A stretch of DNA of 64,000 nucleotides from a virus. Below are positions 8,956 through 16,761 of the stretch, one piece after another. How positions within the stretch are numbered: position 1 is the stretch's first letter; each line of letters begins with the position of its first letter. The DNA is taken from positions 1 through 64,000 of IMG/VR virus record IMGVR_UViG_3300014836_000691; one strand, written 5' to 3'. Below the pieces are notes generated by a model that was not told the origin of the DNA, searched no databases, and worked only from the letters and a program-made list of their open reading frames with translations. The position numbers were made by a program, and so were the translations under genes.

Positions 8956-9851
8956 GTAATCCATCCGGCCCTAACGGAATTGAAATTACCGTTACGCACA
9001 ACATCCGAGACTTCGTTAACAACCTAGGTCTTGCCCAGAAGAAGATTGAGCAAAGGCTTCCAGCCTATGTGCGTCAATGCTGTGCGGATATTTGCACGGA
9101 CTTAATCAAGCACTCGTATCCTGCGGAGGGGAATGACATAAAGAGTGGCAAGGGTGGAACATACGCCGCCGTTAACCAAGGCTTTGAAAACATTAAGCGA
9201 GATGTTTGGCGTGGCTTCACGCACACAGGAAACATAAAGGCTGGCGATGCCATTATGCAACGCAACGCCGATTTGATTGCCAACTTGGGCAACCCTATCG
9301 TCTGGCAAAACGAAGGACTCAAGAAGGCTTGGGAATCAAGGAATGTCGATGTTCTCTACAAGGCGTTCAAACAGGCTGGATGGGAAGAGTCGGACGGTAA
9401 GATTCATTATGTCGATGTTCCCACGGTTTCGATTTACCAGAAGATGCGTGACCCGAACACAGGGGCTATCAAGGAAGCCTTGAAGCACAATAAAGCCCTG
9501 CGTATCCATACGCCCGACAAGTCCAAGGTTGACCAGATTATTGCCGAGAAGTTCAAGTCCGTTGGTAAGATGGCAGGTGGATGGGTTGAGTGCTTGAGGC
9601 AACTTTCCAGAATGTCGCCTATCGTGTATCCGTCCAAGAAGGGTTCGGGTAAGGTCTATGCCGTTGGGCAGGGGGCTGACTACGGCGTAATCGCCGTCAA
9701 CGAGTTTGGTGATTTCAATGGGATGGTTTCTAGGGAGAATATTATCGAACCGATTATGCAACAGCGTGGGCAAGCGTTCCTGCGAGATGTAGGCAATATG
9801 GTTCAGCGACTAATTGCGTGGGCGGCTAATCCTACGGCATACAATCCGTAA
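8952..9851 (+). CDS. Neck/tail completion protein (putative)
   Basis: Synteny between adaptor and tail terminator. Confidence 0.45.
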   Translation: MSNPSGPNGIEITVTHNIRDFVNNLGLAQKKIEQRLPAYVRQCCADICTDLIKHSYPAEGNDIKSGKGGTYAAVNQGFENIKRDVWRGFTHTGNIKAGDAIMQRNADLIANLGNPIVWQNEGLKKAWESRNVDVLYKAFKQAGWEESDGKIHYVDVPTVSIYQKMRDPNTGAIKEALKHNKALRIHTPDKSKVDQIIAEKFKSVGKMAGGWVECLRQLSRMSPIVYPSKKGSGKVYAVGQGADYGVIAVNEFGDFNGMVSRENIIEPIMQQRGQAFLRDVGNMVQRLIAWAANPTAYNP

Positions 9852-9875
9852 GCGTTGACGAATCACAAGAGGTGA

Positions 9876-10316
9876 ATGAGTAGCCTAAGACGAGCCGTTG
9901 AAGCCCACATCAAGTGGTGTCTTGACCCCTTCTTCGCTAACACGAAGCATCAAATCGTGGAGTCGATGCGACTTGAGGACAGAAATGTGAACACAGTCGT
10001 TATCGTAGGCGGTGCGGCTCGCCCTGCGTTCCCAGAATTGCCAACCTCAGAGGGCAACTGGAATGTTCCCATTACCGTTATGCTTATGTCCTCGATTGAC
10101 GATACAACGGTGGACTCGCACAACGAAATGTCCCACACGATTAGCAACGCCCTTGCCCGAAGCGATGCTAGGCACAAGTCCAAGGTGCAAGGCTTGGTGA
10201 TTTACGATGTGATACAGGGGTCGATGGGGGAAGAGAACGAGGGCAGAAAGTTCATCACCGTCCACAACTACGAGGTGCTGGTTAACTACCAGCCAACCCC
10301 TCCGCTGGCTGACTGA
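9876..10316 (+). CDS. Tail terminator-like protein (putative)
   Basis: 146 aa; synteny; preceded by TTGAC-N6-CAA at 9855. Confidence 0.45.
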   Translation: MSSLRRAVEAHIKWCLDPFFANTKHQIVESMRLEDRNVNTVVIVGGAARPAFPELPTSEGNWNVPITVMLMSSIDDTTVDSHNEMSHTISNALARSDARHKSKVQGLVIYDVIQGSMGEENEGRKFITVHNYEVLVNYQPTPPLAD

Positions 10317-10322
10317 GCCTCT

Positions 10323-10685
10323 TTAGAGGGGCTTCATACCCAGAGGGTAGACCTTGCCGTTAAAGTGGTCAGACACCCGCCCAGCGTAGGACAAATCGTC
10401 CTCCAGCGTCTTGCAGAGGATAGCCAACTCAGAGGCGAGCAGGATGTGGTCGGCTTCGACCCTTTCGAGCCTACGCTTGGCTTCATCCACGACCTCTTGT
10501 GACCCATCCTCGTCCTTGCTGTTGAGCAGGTCGAGTTCGTGTTCCAAGTCCTCACGGTAGAACTTGAGGTCTTTGTCGCAGTCTTGGTATTCCTTAGCCT
10601 TTTCGAGAGCCTTGTCCAAGGAGTGCTTGGAGGAGGCGAGGAAGGAAACGATTTTGTTGATGTTGGAGTCGGCTTGGGTTTTCAT
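10323..10685 (-). CDS. Hypothetical coiled-coil protein
   Basis: ATG after CACGACCT leader; sigma70-like TTGACA-16-CATACT upstream on the minus strand. Confidence 0.6.
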   Translation of the reverse strand: MKTQADSNINKIVSFLASSKHSLDKALEKAKEYQDCDKDLKFYREDLEHELDLLNSKDEDGSQEVVDEAKRRLERVEADHILLASELAILCKTLEDDLSYAGRVSDHFNGKVYPLGMKPL

Positions 10686-10748
10686 AGGTCGTGCTTGAAT
10701 ATAAGTCAGTATGGGCAACTTGGGGTTGGTGTCAATAGCAAAGACAAA

Positions 10749-10871
10749 TTAATTCTTCTTAGTCAGAAGCCAGTAAGCGAACCAGCCAGCCCCGATGCCA
10801 CAGACGATAGTATGGGCATTGTCGAGGAACACGCCGAGTTCAGCGTCCGTGAATGCGAGTAGGATATTCAT
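10749..10871 (-). CDS. Small membrane peptide (40 aa, not in ORF track)
   Basis: MNILLAFTDAELGVFLDNAHTIVCGIGAGWFAYWLLTKKN after ACACACACT leader. Confidence 0.5.
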   Translation of the reverse strand: MNILLAFTDAELGVFLDNAHTIVCGIGAGWFAYWLLTKKN

Positions 10872-10895
10872 AGTGTGTGTGTTGTTGGAGATTGA

Positions 10896-11126
10896 TTAGC
10901 CGATGCTGTTGAAGGCATCCACGATGGACTGAGCCAACTTGCGACAGCGGGAAGCCTCGTAGTGTTGACCCTTCTCATCATAGTTCTTGGCGGCTTCAAG
11001 GAAGCACTTGGAGGCGAAGGTGAGTTTGTTCCCACCGTCCTTGAGGATTTCCCAAGCCGTCTCCTTGTATGAATCGGCAACGGCGTTGCTCTTGGGGGTG
11101 AAGTCAGCCTCAGTCAGTTGTTTCAT
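10896..11126 (-). CDS. Hypothetical protein
   Basis: ATG after ACACGAACCT leader. Confidence 0.6.
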   Translation of the reverse strand: MKQLTEADFTPKSNAVADSYKETAWEILKDGGNKLTFASKCFLEAAKNYDEKGQHYEASRCRKLAQSIVDAFNSIG

Positions 11127-11238
11127 AGGTTCGTGTTTCATACCCATCACCCTAGACAATCTTTTGCGTAAGTCAACAAGATTTTGTCTATGCTATGTTT
11201 TTAGTTGAATCTCAACGGTTTATTGGAACGATAGGGGT

Positions 11239-11421
11239 ATGGAAAAGAACACGGTTATCAAGCAACTCAAAGACAGCCTTCGGGAAACCGAACAGCAAAA
11301 CACCTTCTTAAAGGAGAGGGTTGATATGCTGGAAAAGTCGAACGAGGAACATACGCAGTATTATCTTCGTCAGATTGACGACCTTAGAAGCCAATTGAAG
11401 AAGGCTTACAAGACCGCATAA
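11239..11421 (+). CDS. Small coiled-coil protein
   Basis: First of three abutting short heptad-rich ORFs. Confidence 0.55.
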   Translation: MEKNTVIKQLKDSLRETEQQNTFLKERVDMLEKSNEEHTQYYLRQIDDLRSQLKKAYKTA

Positions 11422-11425
11422 TCTT

Positions 11426-11614
11426 ATGCCCGAAACAACCCCGACAACTCAGAATATAACCATCCTGTCGTTTGAGCAGGTGTATGAGGTAAGCAGGATG
11501 CGTGAAACAATAACGGCTCTTGAAGCCGAGAACAAGGCTCTCTGGTCGATAGTCGAAGCCCAGAAAAGCCAAATCCATAACCTCAAAAACTACTCCACCG
11601 ATGGACAAGCCTAA
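11426..11614 (+). CDS. Small coiled-coil protein
   Basis: Abutting ORF. Confidence 0.55.
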   Translation: MPETTPTTQNITILSFEQVYEVSRMRETITALEAENKALWSIVEAQKSQIHNLKNYSTDGQA

Positions 11615-11819
11615 TAAACTGGATGAGGCTTTTGCTCTGCTGAGCAGGGAAGTCGAGGAATTGCGTAACGACAACGAGTCGCTTCGCACCCTTGTCAAAG
11701 GGCTTACAGCCCGCCTTGAGTCGGAGAAGAACGCAGATGCAGATAGGGAATGGGCTACGGAGTTGGCTCACCAAGTAGCGGAAGTTGTGGTGAAGCGTAT
11801 TTCTGGCTTGCAAAAGTAA
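11601..11819 (+). CDS. Small coiled-coil protein
   Basis: Overlapping ORF. Confidence 0.55.
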   Translation: MDKPNKLDEAFALLSREVEELRNDNESLRTLVKGLTARLESEKNADADREWATELAHQVAEVVVKRISGLQK

Positions 11820-11836
11820 AAGCGGTTGGCTATCCT
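11808..11836 (+). promoter_or_regulatory. Sigma70-type promoter
   Basis: TTGCAA-17-TATCCT. Confidence 0.55.
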
Positions 11837-11842
11837 GTCTCT

Positions 11843-11957
11843 ATGAATAAAGAACATTGAATGCCTGTGGCAAACCCGCCGAAGGCGTAAAGACTGGTGA
11901 CGACCAGTCGAGGGGCTAGTATCCACAGGGTTAGTGGGCTAGCCCCTTCTAATTTTT
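11843..11957 (+). ncRNA. Structured RNA / attenuator-like element
   Basis: Multiple hairpins with competing stems CCTGTGG/CCACAGG and AGGGGCTAG/CTAGCCCCT; T-tract at 3' end. Confidence 0.45.
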
Positions 11958-11994
11958 ACCTTGACCCAAACTAATCGAAACCTAAATTGATTGT

Positions 11995-12798
11995 ATGAAA
12001 GACAAAGACATTGATGGGCTACTTGCTAGCCTAGTTGAACTAGACGACTTGCGAGCCGAGAACGCCCGCCTAAAGGCCGAGGTCGAGCGGCTGAAGGAAG
12101 GCAACGACTGCCTCGACAAGATGCACGAAAAGGAAATGGAAAGGTCGGCTTACCTTTGCGAAGAAGTCAATCGCACCACCGCTTGGGGTCGTGGGCTTGA
12201 GTCCGACCTGTCCCACGCAAGGGTCGAAATCTCGTTCCTCAAAGCCGAGGTCGAGCGGCTCCGTGCCTCGTCCTTCGTGACCGCCGTCCCTGTCGAGGAA
12301 TATGAGAAACTCAAGGCCGAGGTCGAGCGGCTGAAGGCAGAGCGTGTTCACGACCTTAACCAGATTGGTGGCTTGCAGGAAGAGGTCGCCAGTCTTACCG
12401 AGAGCCTAAACAGGCATCGTGAGATAAATGACGAACTTGATGCTCGTTGCAATCAACTCAAAGCCGAGGTCGCTGAATTAAAGAACCAGCCAGACCCGCT
12501 GACCGCCTATCTTTACGCCGCCGAGTTAGGCAAGCAGGACAAGAAGATACTTAAGGCAGAAGTGGAGCGACTTAAAAACAACTGCGACTACCTTGACCAA
12601 AAACTGGATGAGGAAATCGACAAGTCTGCGATGCTTTGTGGGCAGGTTGAGCGACTCCGCAAGGCTGGGGATGCGGTTGCGTTGGACTACGCTGAACGCA
12701 TCGAGATTGAGGCAGGAGAAACAGCCAAGACGCTAATGAAGACCCTCCCTGTTCTGCGTGACTGGAACGCCGCCAAGGAGGGCAAGCCGAGCGTATGA
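11995..12798 (+). CDS. Modular coiled-coil protein with LKAEVERL repeats
   Basis: Six copies or variants of LKAEVERL. Confidence 0.7.
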   Translation: MKDKDIDGLLASLVELDDLRAENARLKAEVERLKEGNDCLDKMHEKEMERSAYLCEEVNRTTAWGRGLESDLSHARVEISFLKAEVERLRASSFVTAVPVEEYEKLKAEVERLKAERVHDLNQIGGLQEEVASLTESLNRHREINDELDARCNQLKAEVAELKNQPDPLTAYLYAAELGKQDKKILKAEVERLKNNCDYLDQKLDEEIDKSAMLCGQVERLRKAGDAVALDYAERIEIEAGETAKTLMKTLPVLRDWNAAKEGKPSV

Positions 12799-13019
12799 GC
12801 CTCAACATACCTAGGTATAAAATCAATACTCTGTGGGGCTTTTGGGGGTTCGTTCAAGACAACAAGGAAGGTAAGTTTTGCGAATACCGAGACTATGTTA
12901 GACTTCAGCGGGAGATGGATAAACAGCGTCTTGTGCTGGTTTCCCATCACGACTACGCAATCAGATTGGAAACTGAAAATCAGAAACTGAAAGAGGAACT
13001 TAAGAAATACAAGGTATGA
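12795..13019 (+). CDS. Hypothetical protein
   Basis: ATGA-coupled ORF. Confidence 0.5.
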   Translation: MSLNIPRYKINTLWGFWGFVQDNKEGKFCEYRDYVRLQREMDKQRLVLVSHHDYAIRLETENQKLKEELKKYKV

Positions 13020-13207
13020 AAACCAAGCCAGCAAAGAAGCGGACTTGGCAAAGACCAGCCCACGGCGGGGGAAATATTGTGGCTGGACTGAAGAATCAAA
13101 CACCCTCTGAGTTCGCCACGACACAGCGATACTTTACGGACGCTAAAGCCAGATGGGAATGGCTGTTTGACCCTGTTCGCAACAAGTGGAAGCCTCCTGT
13201 TAAGTAA
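13016..13207 (+). CDS. Hypothetical protein
   Basis: ATGA-coupled ORF. Confidence 0.5.
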   Translation: MKTKPAKKRTWQRPAHGGGNIVAGLKNQTPSEFATTQRYFTDAKARWEWLFDPVRNKWKPPVK

Positions 13208-14127
13208 TGCCAAAGGGAGTAGACATAGTTGCCAGAACCAAGTCCTACGACAAGGGGCATTGTTGGCAGTATGACATTCGGGTTAAGAACCGAAATAGGG
13301 ACTTGTTTGAGTCCGTTCTGACTGAGGGGGAGGTGTCGAAACTGAAGGTTTCCGATTTCATCTTTAAGCGTCTGACCTCAAAGGAGGAAAAGGAGGCGGC
13401 AACCGCCTTCATCCAACGCCACGAATGGTTGGGCAATTTGTCCCAATACACTACCCATTGGTTTGGTGCGTTCCTACACAATCCAAAGTCTGGTCTTTTC
13501 GGGGAGGATATTATGGCAGGGGTGATTTTGATGAATCTGCCAAACGCATTCTCCAAGTTGCTTGGCGAGGAAACCAGCGACCTTGAAAGACTCATTAGCC
13601 GTGGTGCTTGTGTTTCTTGGAGTCCGAAGAACTTGGCTAGTTCGTTCTTGATGTGGTGCGTCAATTGGATGGTCAAGAACACCCGCTACAGGCTCTTCAC
13701 CGCCTACTCCGACCCAACGGCAAAGGAACTTGGAACTATCTACCAAGCCTGTAATTTCTACTATCTTGGACAGGATGCGGGGACAATGAGTCGTTATGTG
13801 AATCCATACACAGGGAAGGTGGTTAGCGATAGGTTCTTCCGACAGCGTAGTGCCTACAAGAAGTTCGCCAAGGAACTTGGCATTTACTGGGAGAAAGAGT
13901 GGAGCGACAACAAGGGCGTTCTCTGGGCTAATATTCCGAAGGATGTTGAAACCGCCCTTCGCACCCATTCCAAGAAAAAGCAAGCCGAGTCCCAGCGTGT
14001 CTCAATGCCAAGTAAGCACAAATACGCTTTCGTGCTAGGCAAAAACAAGGCTGAAACAAAGCGTCTCAGAAAAGATTTCGAGCAACGCAACAAAGTGCTT
14101 CCCTTTCCCAAGGAGAGGGGTAAATGA
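13207..14127 (+). CDS. Mom-like GNAT-fold DNA adenine modification protein
   Basis: FIQRHEW; ISR...KN.AS; AYSDP...GTIYQACNFYYLG, typical of Mu Mom homologues. Confidence 0.75.
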   Translation: MPKGVDIVARTKSYDKGHCWQYDIRVKNRNRDLFESVLTEGEVSKLKVSDFIFKRLTSKEEKEAATAFIQRHEWLGNLSQYTTHWFGAFLHNPKSGLFGEDIMAGVILMNLPNAFSKLLGEETSDLERLISRGACVSWSPKNLASSFLMWCVNWMVKNTRYRLFTAYSDPTAKELGTIYQACNFYYLGQDAGTMSRYVNPYTGKVVSDRFFRQRSAYKKFAKELGIYWEKEWSDNKGVLWANIPKDVETALRTHSKKKQAESQRVSMPSKHKYAFVLGKNKAETKRLRKDFEQRNKVLPFPKERGK

Positions 14128-14133
14128 GGTCTT

Positions 14134-14340
14134 ATGATTTACGAGTTTCGCAATCCTATCCCAGTAAAGACCGCCATCGGCTATGGTTGGCTGATGTATG
14201 TCCGAGACGGAGGCACTTGGTCTAACGACATTTTCGCCGTGGTTCTAGAGAAGGATGGGGTAATTAGGCATATGCGAACTGACCAGTTTTCCGTCTTGCG
14301 GAACGACACCTTCGACATAGAAAACACGGAAGAATCTTAA
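14134..14340 (+). CDS. Hypothetical protein
   Basis: ORF in operon. Confidence 0.55.
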   Translation: MIYEFRNPIPVKTAIGYGWLMYVRDGGTWSNDIFAVVLEKDGVIRHMRTDQFSVLRNDTFDIENTEES

Positions 14341-14343
14341 CCT

Positions 14344-14535
14344 ATGGAAACACCAAACGCAGAAGAACTGGCTAAAAAGTGTGACGAGTTAACCAAGGAA
14401 GTCCGAGACTTACGGATTGAACTCAAGATTTCCTACCTTGAACGAACCGTCCTTCAGTTGAAGATGGAAAACAACTCCTTGATTGGTCAGAACAAGGCCT
14501 TGAAGGAACAACTTGAAAACCCTCCCCTCCGATGA
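14344..14535 (+). CDS. Small coiled-coil protein
   Basis: ORF in operon. Confidence 0.5.
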   Translation: METPNAEELAKKCDELTKEVRDLRIELKISYLERTVLQLKMENNSLIGQNKALKEQLENPPLR

Positions 14536-14867
14536 TTAATGCTGGATGGGTTCGTGGGAAGAGCAAGATTGGCTACGGCAAGACCAAGCAGACGGTCTTA
14601 GAGGCCTCCAAGAAAGGTCTTACATTGAAAGAGGTCGTAGCCCTTTCTGGGCTGACCGAGGCGGCTGTCAGAAGTGCCGCCGTAAAATACAAGGTGGTTA
14701 TCAAGACAGATTCTGGTCGTGGTAAATACGGCGTGTCTAAGGAGGCGGTAGAATGGGCGATAAAGAACAACGCATCCTGCAAGGAAGCCGCCAAGAAGTT
14801 CAAGGCTAAGGTGAACACGGTCTATCGTGTAGGTCTTGACTTAGGAGTGAAACTCCGCAAGATTTGA
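14532..14867 (+). CDS. Tandem HTH-like basic protein
   Basis: Two YG..K..V / HTH-like units. Confidence 0.5.
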   Translation: MINAGWVRGKSKIGYGKTKQTVLEASKKGLTLKEVVALSGLTEAAVRSAAVKYKVVIKTDSGRGKYGVSKEAVEWAIKNNASCKEAAKKFKAKVNTVYRVGLDLGVKLRKI

Positions 14868-14873
14868 ACGCTA

Positions 14874-15113
14874 ATGAAAATACGAGCAAAACACAAACAA
14901 GTCAAAAACGCAGTCCTCGACCACTACGAAACCCATACAGCCCCAGAGATTGCCGTTCTGACTGGATTGGATAAGCGTAGCATCTATATCGCCGCCAAGT
15001 ATCTTGGTGTCCAGATGAAGCCAGCGAAGCGTGGCGGTATCCGCATCAAGGGGCAGAAGTGTTCCTGTGGTGCAAATGGGGTATGCCAAGAATCGCAGGG
15101 CGAGGTCGTGTAA
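14874..15113 (+). CDS. HTH-like protein
   Basis: TAPEIAVLTGLDKRSIYIAAKYLGV. Confidence 0.5.
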   Translation: MKIRAKHKQVKNAVLDHYETHTAPEIAVLTGLDKRSIYIAAKYLGVQMKPAKRGGIRIKGQKCSCGANGVCQESQGEVV

Positions 15114-15469
15114 AGAAACTCTTAGAAGTCGCTAAGCGAAAGGGACAAACCATACAGTTTCTCCTTCGCAAGAATAGGTGGCTCACTAAGGGAAGCCTTT
15201 ACAAAAGCATCAGTTTCTACGGCATTCGGATTAAGTCTGAATCTGGAAGGGCTGACTATGGCTCAGCAAAAGAAGCCGTCTACGATGCCCATCAGCGGGG
15301 CATATCACTAGCCCACTATTCTAGGAAAAGCCGTTTTAGTTACAGCACCCTACGCTCGATTGCCAGCAGACTTGGCATCGAAACCGTTAACGCTTGGAAA
15401 TATAGCAGAGAGAATGGGATAAGGAGAACTAAAAGGTGGGGTATGGTTGACACACGCCAAAAATCGTGA
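15059..15469 (+). CDS. HTH-like paralog of 14532-14867 (start uncertain)
   Basis: IKSESGRADYGSAKEAV versus IKTDSGRGKYGVSKEAV. Confidence 0.45.
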   Translation: MFLWCKWGMPRIAGRGRVKKLLEVAKRKGQTIQFLLRKNRWLTKGSLYKSISFYGIRIKSESGRADYGSAKEAVYDAHQRGISLAHYSRKSRFSYSTLRSIASRLGIETVNAWKYSRENGIRRTKRWGMVDTRQKS

Positions 15470-15715
15470 GGCTTTCCAAATCCAAGGTTAACCTAATCCT
15501 TGCCAATGTAATCTGGAAGTTCGGTCATACCTTCTTCAAAATCGGTGATTTTGTGGGTGGTTACAGGTTGCTGTGCTGGCAACAGAAGGGATGGGATAAG
15601 GCGGGAGACTTCCTTATGAACCTTTCTGCCAAATACGCTCTTCGTGGTTATATGATTAAAAAGGGTCACAACGACTGGTAAGTTGACAAGCGTCCAAGGA
15701 AAACCGTAGACAACT

Positions 15716-16111
15716 ATGCCTAACCCTCCTACCCCGCTTACGCAGACTGACAGCCCTATCACCTACGGCACTATCTTACAGTATGGTCTTGGTGACCTCT
15801 CTGTTGCTGGCATTATCATCGACTCTTACAGACGAGATGGGTCGTATGCGGACACGCAGGAAGTTACCAACCAAGTTGGTCTTACGGTTGGCGTTCGTAT
15901 GCAGGATTTCCGAGCCAATGTCTCGCTTGATGGTCGAGTCCTTCAAGACACACCCTTCACGGTCAAGGCTGGTGCTACGCTGGAAGTGAATGGGGATACT
16001 ATTGTTATTACCCAAGTTTCCTACTCTGGACAGGCTAGAGGCTTCCACAGCCTCTCGATTTCTGGAACAGCCTACGAAGGTGTGACTGGACTTGAAGCCG
16101 CTGGCTTCTAA
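15716..16111 (+). CDS. Tail tube protein (putative)
   Basis: 131 aa beta-rich; precedes chaperone and tape measure; TTGAC-N7-CAA at 15683. Confidence 0.6.
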   Translation: MPNPPTPLTQTDSPITYGTILQYGLGDLSVAGIIIDSYRRDGSYADTQEVTNQVGLTVGVRMQDFRANVSLDGRVLQDTPFTVKAGATLEVNGDTIVITQVSYSGQARGFHSLSISGTAYEGVTGLEAAGF

Positions 16112-16125
16112 GCCTTAATCAAAAT

Positions 16126-16761
16126 ATGGACGGTCGATTTTTGACCGCCTTCGTCCTTCCTCCAGACAGGAAGATAATGGGATACAAGTTGAAGCCTTAC
16201 ACGCTTCGACATTCCCTTTATCTTATTGCTCTGCAACATCCTATGGTTGTGGGTAAGGAGAAGGAAACAAGTCCGCAGGACTTGCTCGCCTTCCTTCGTA
16301 TCTGCTCATCTGAGCGTCCAGACCTAGCCTTTCGGAAGCCGACTATTATGGACATTTGGAGGATAGCCAGAATGCAATCCGACATACGATACTTTTACAG
16401 GGCTATGAAGGACATACTTATTTATATGAATGAGTCGTGTTCGTCACCGCTGGTTTACACCAAGGAGGAGGGTAAGGAGAAAAAGAAGGACGGCATTCCT
16501 AGCCCTCTAGTTATGGCTACCGCCCTAATGTCCAGACTGCATATGACACCAGAAAGGGCTTGGAATACGCCTGTTGGACAGGCGGTCTGGTATCTTACCG
16601 CATTTTCAGCATCCGAAGGGGCAGACATTAAGATTCTGTCTACGGAAGATGAGCAACGAGCAGACTTTGAAAAGGAGTTCCTTCAGAAGTTACAAGCCGA
16701 AGAGTTGGCAAAACTCAAAGAGAAGATGCGTAACAAAATGAACAAGAAAGGAGGCGACTAA
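16126..16761 (+). CDS. Tail assembly chaperone (putative)
   Basis: Synteny; C-terminal MTPERAWNTP.G.A.W pattern. Confidence 0.55.
   Translation: MDGRFLTAFVLPPDRKIMGYKLKPYTLRHSLYLIALQHPMVVGKEKETSPQDLLAFLRICSSERPDLAFRKPTIMDIWRIARMQSDIRYFYRAMKDILIYMNESCSSPLVYTKEEGKEKKKDGIPSPLVMATALMSRLHMTPERAWNTPVGQAVWYLTAFSASEGADIKILSTEDEQRADFEKEFLQKLQAEELAKLKEKMRNKMNKKGGD

Noticed and set aside
11864-11895. GGCAAACC...GAA resembling a c-di-GMP-I (GEMM) riboswitch, and GTGACGA resembling a hammerhead core
   Set aside because: Lacks the GGGACGCAAAG/P2 elements and the CUGANGA plus GAAA arrangement; kept only as an unclassified structured RNA.
16126-16761. Programmed frameshift in the tail chaperone
   Set aside because: Single ORF runs directly to the TMP start; no second overlapping frame or clear slippery site seen.
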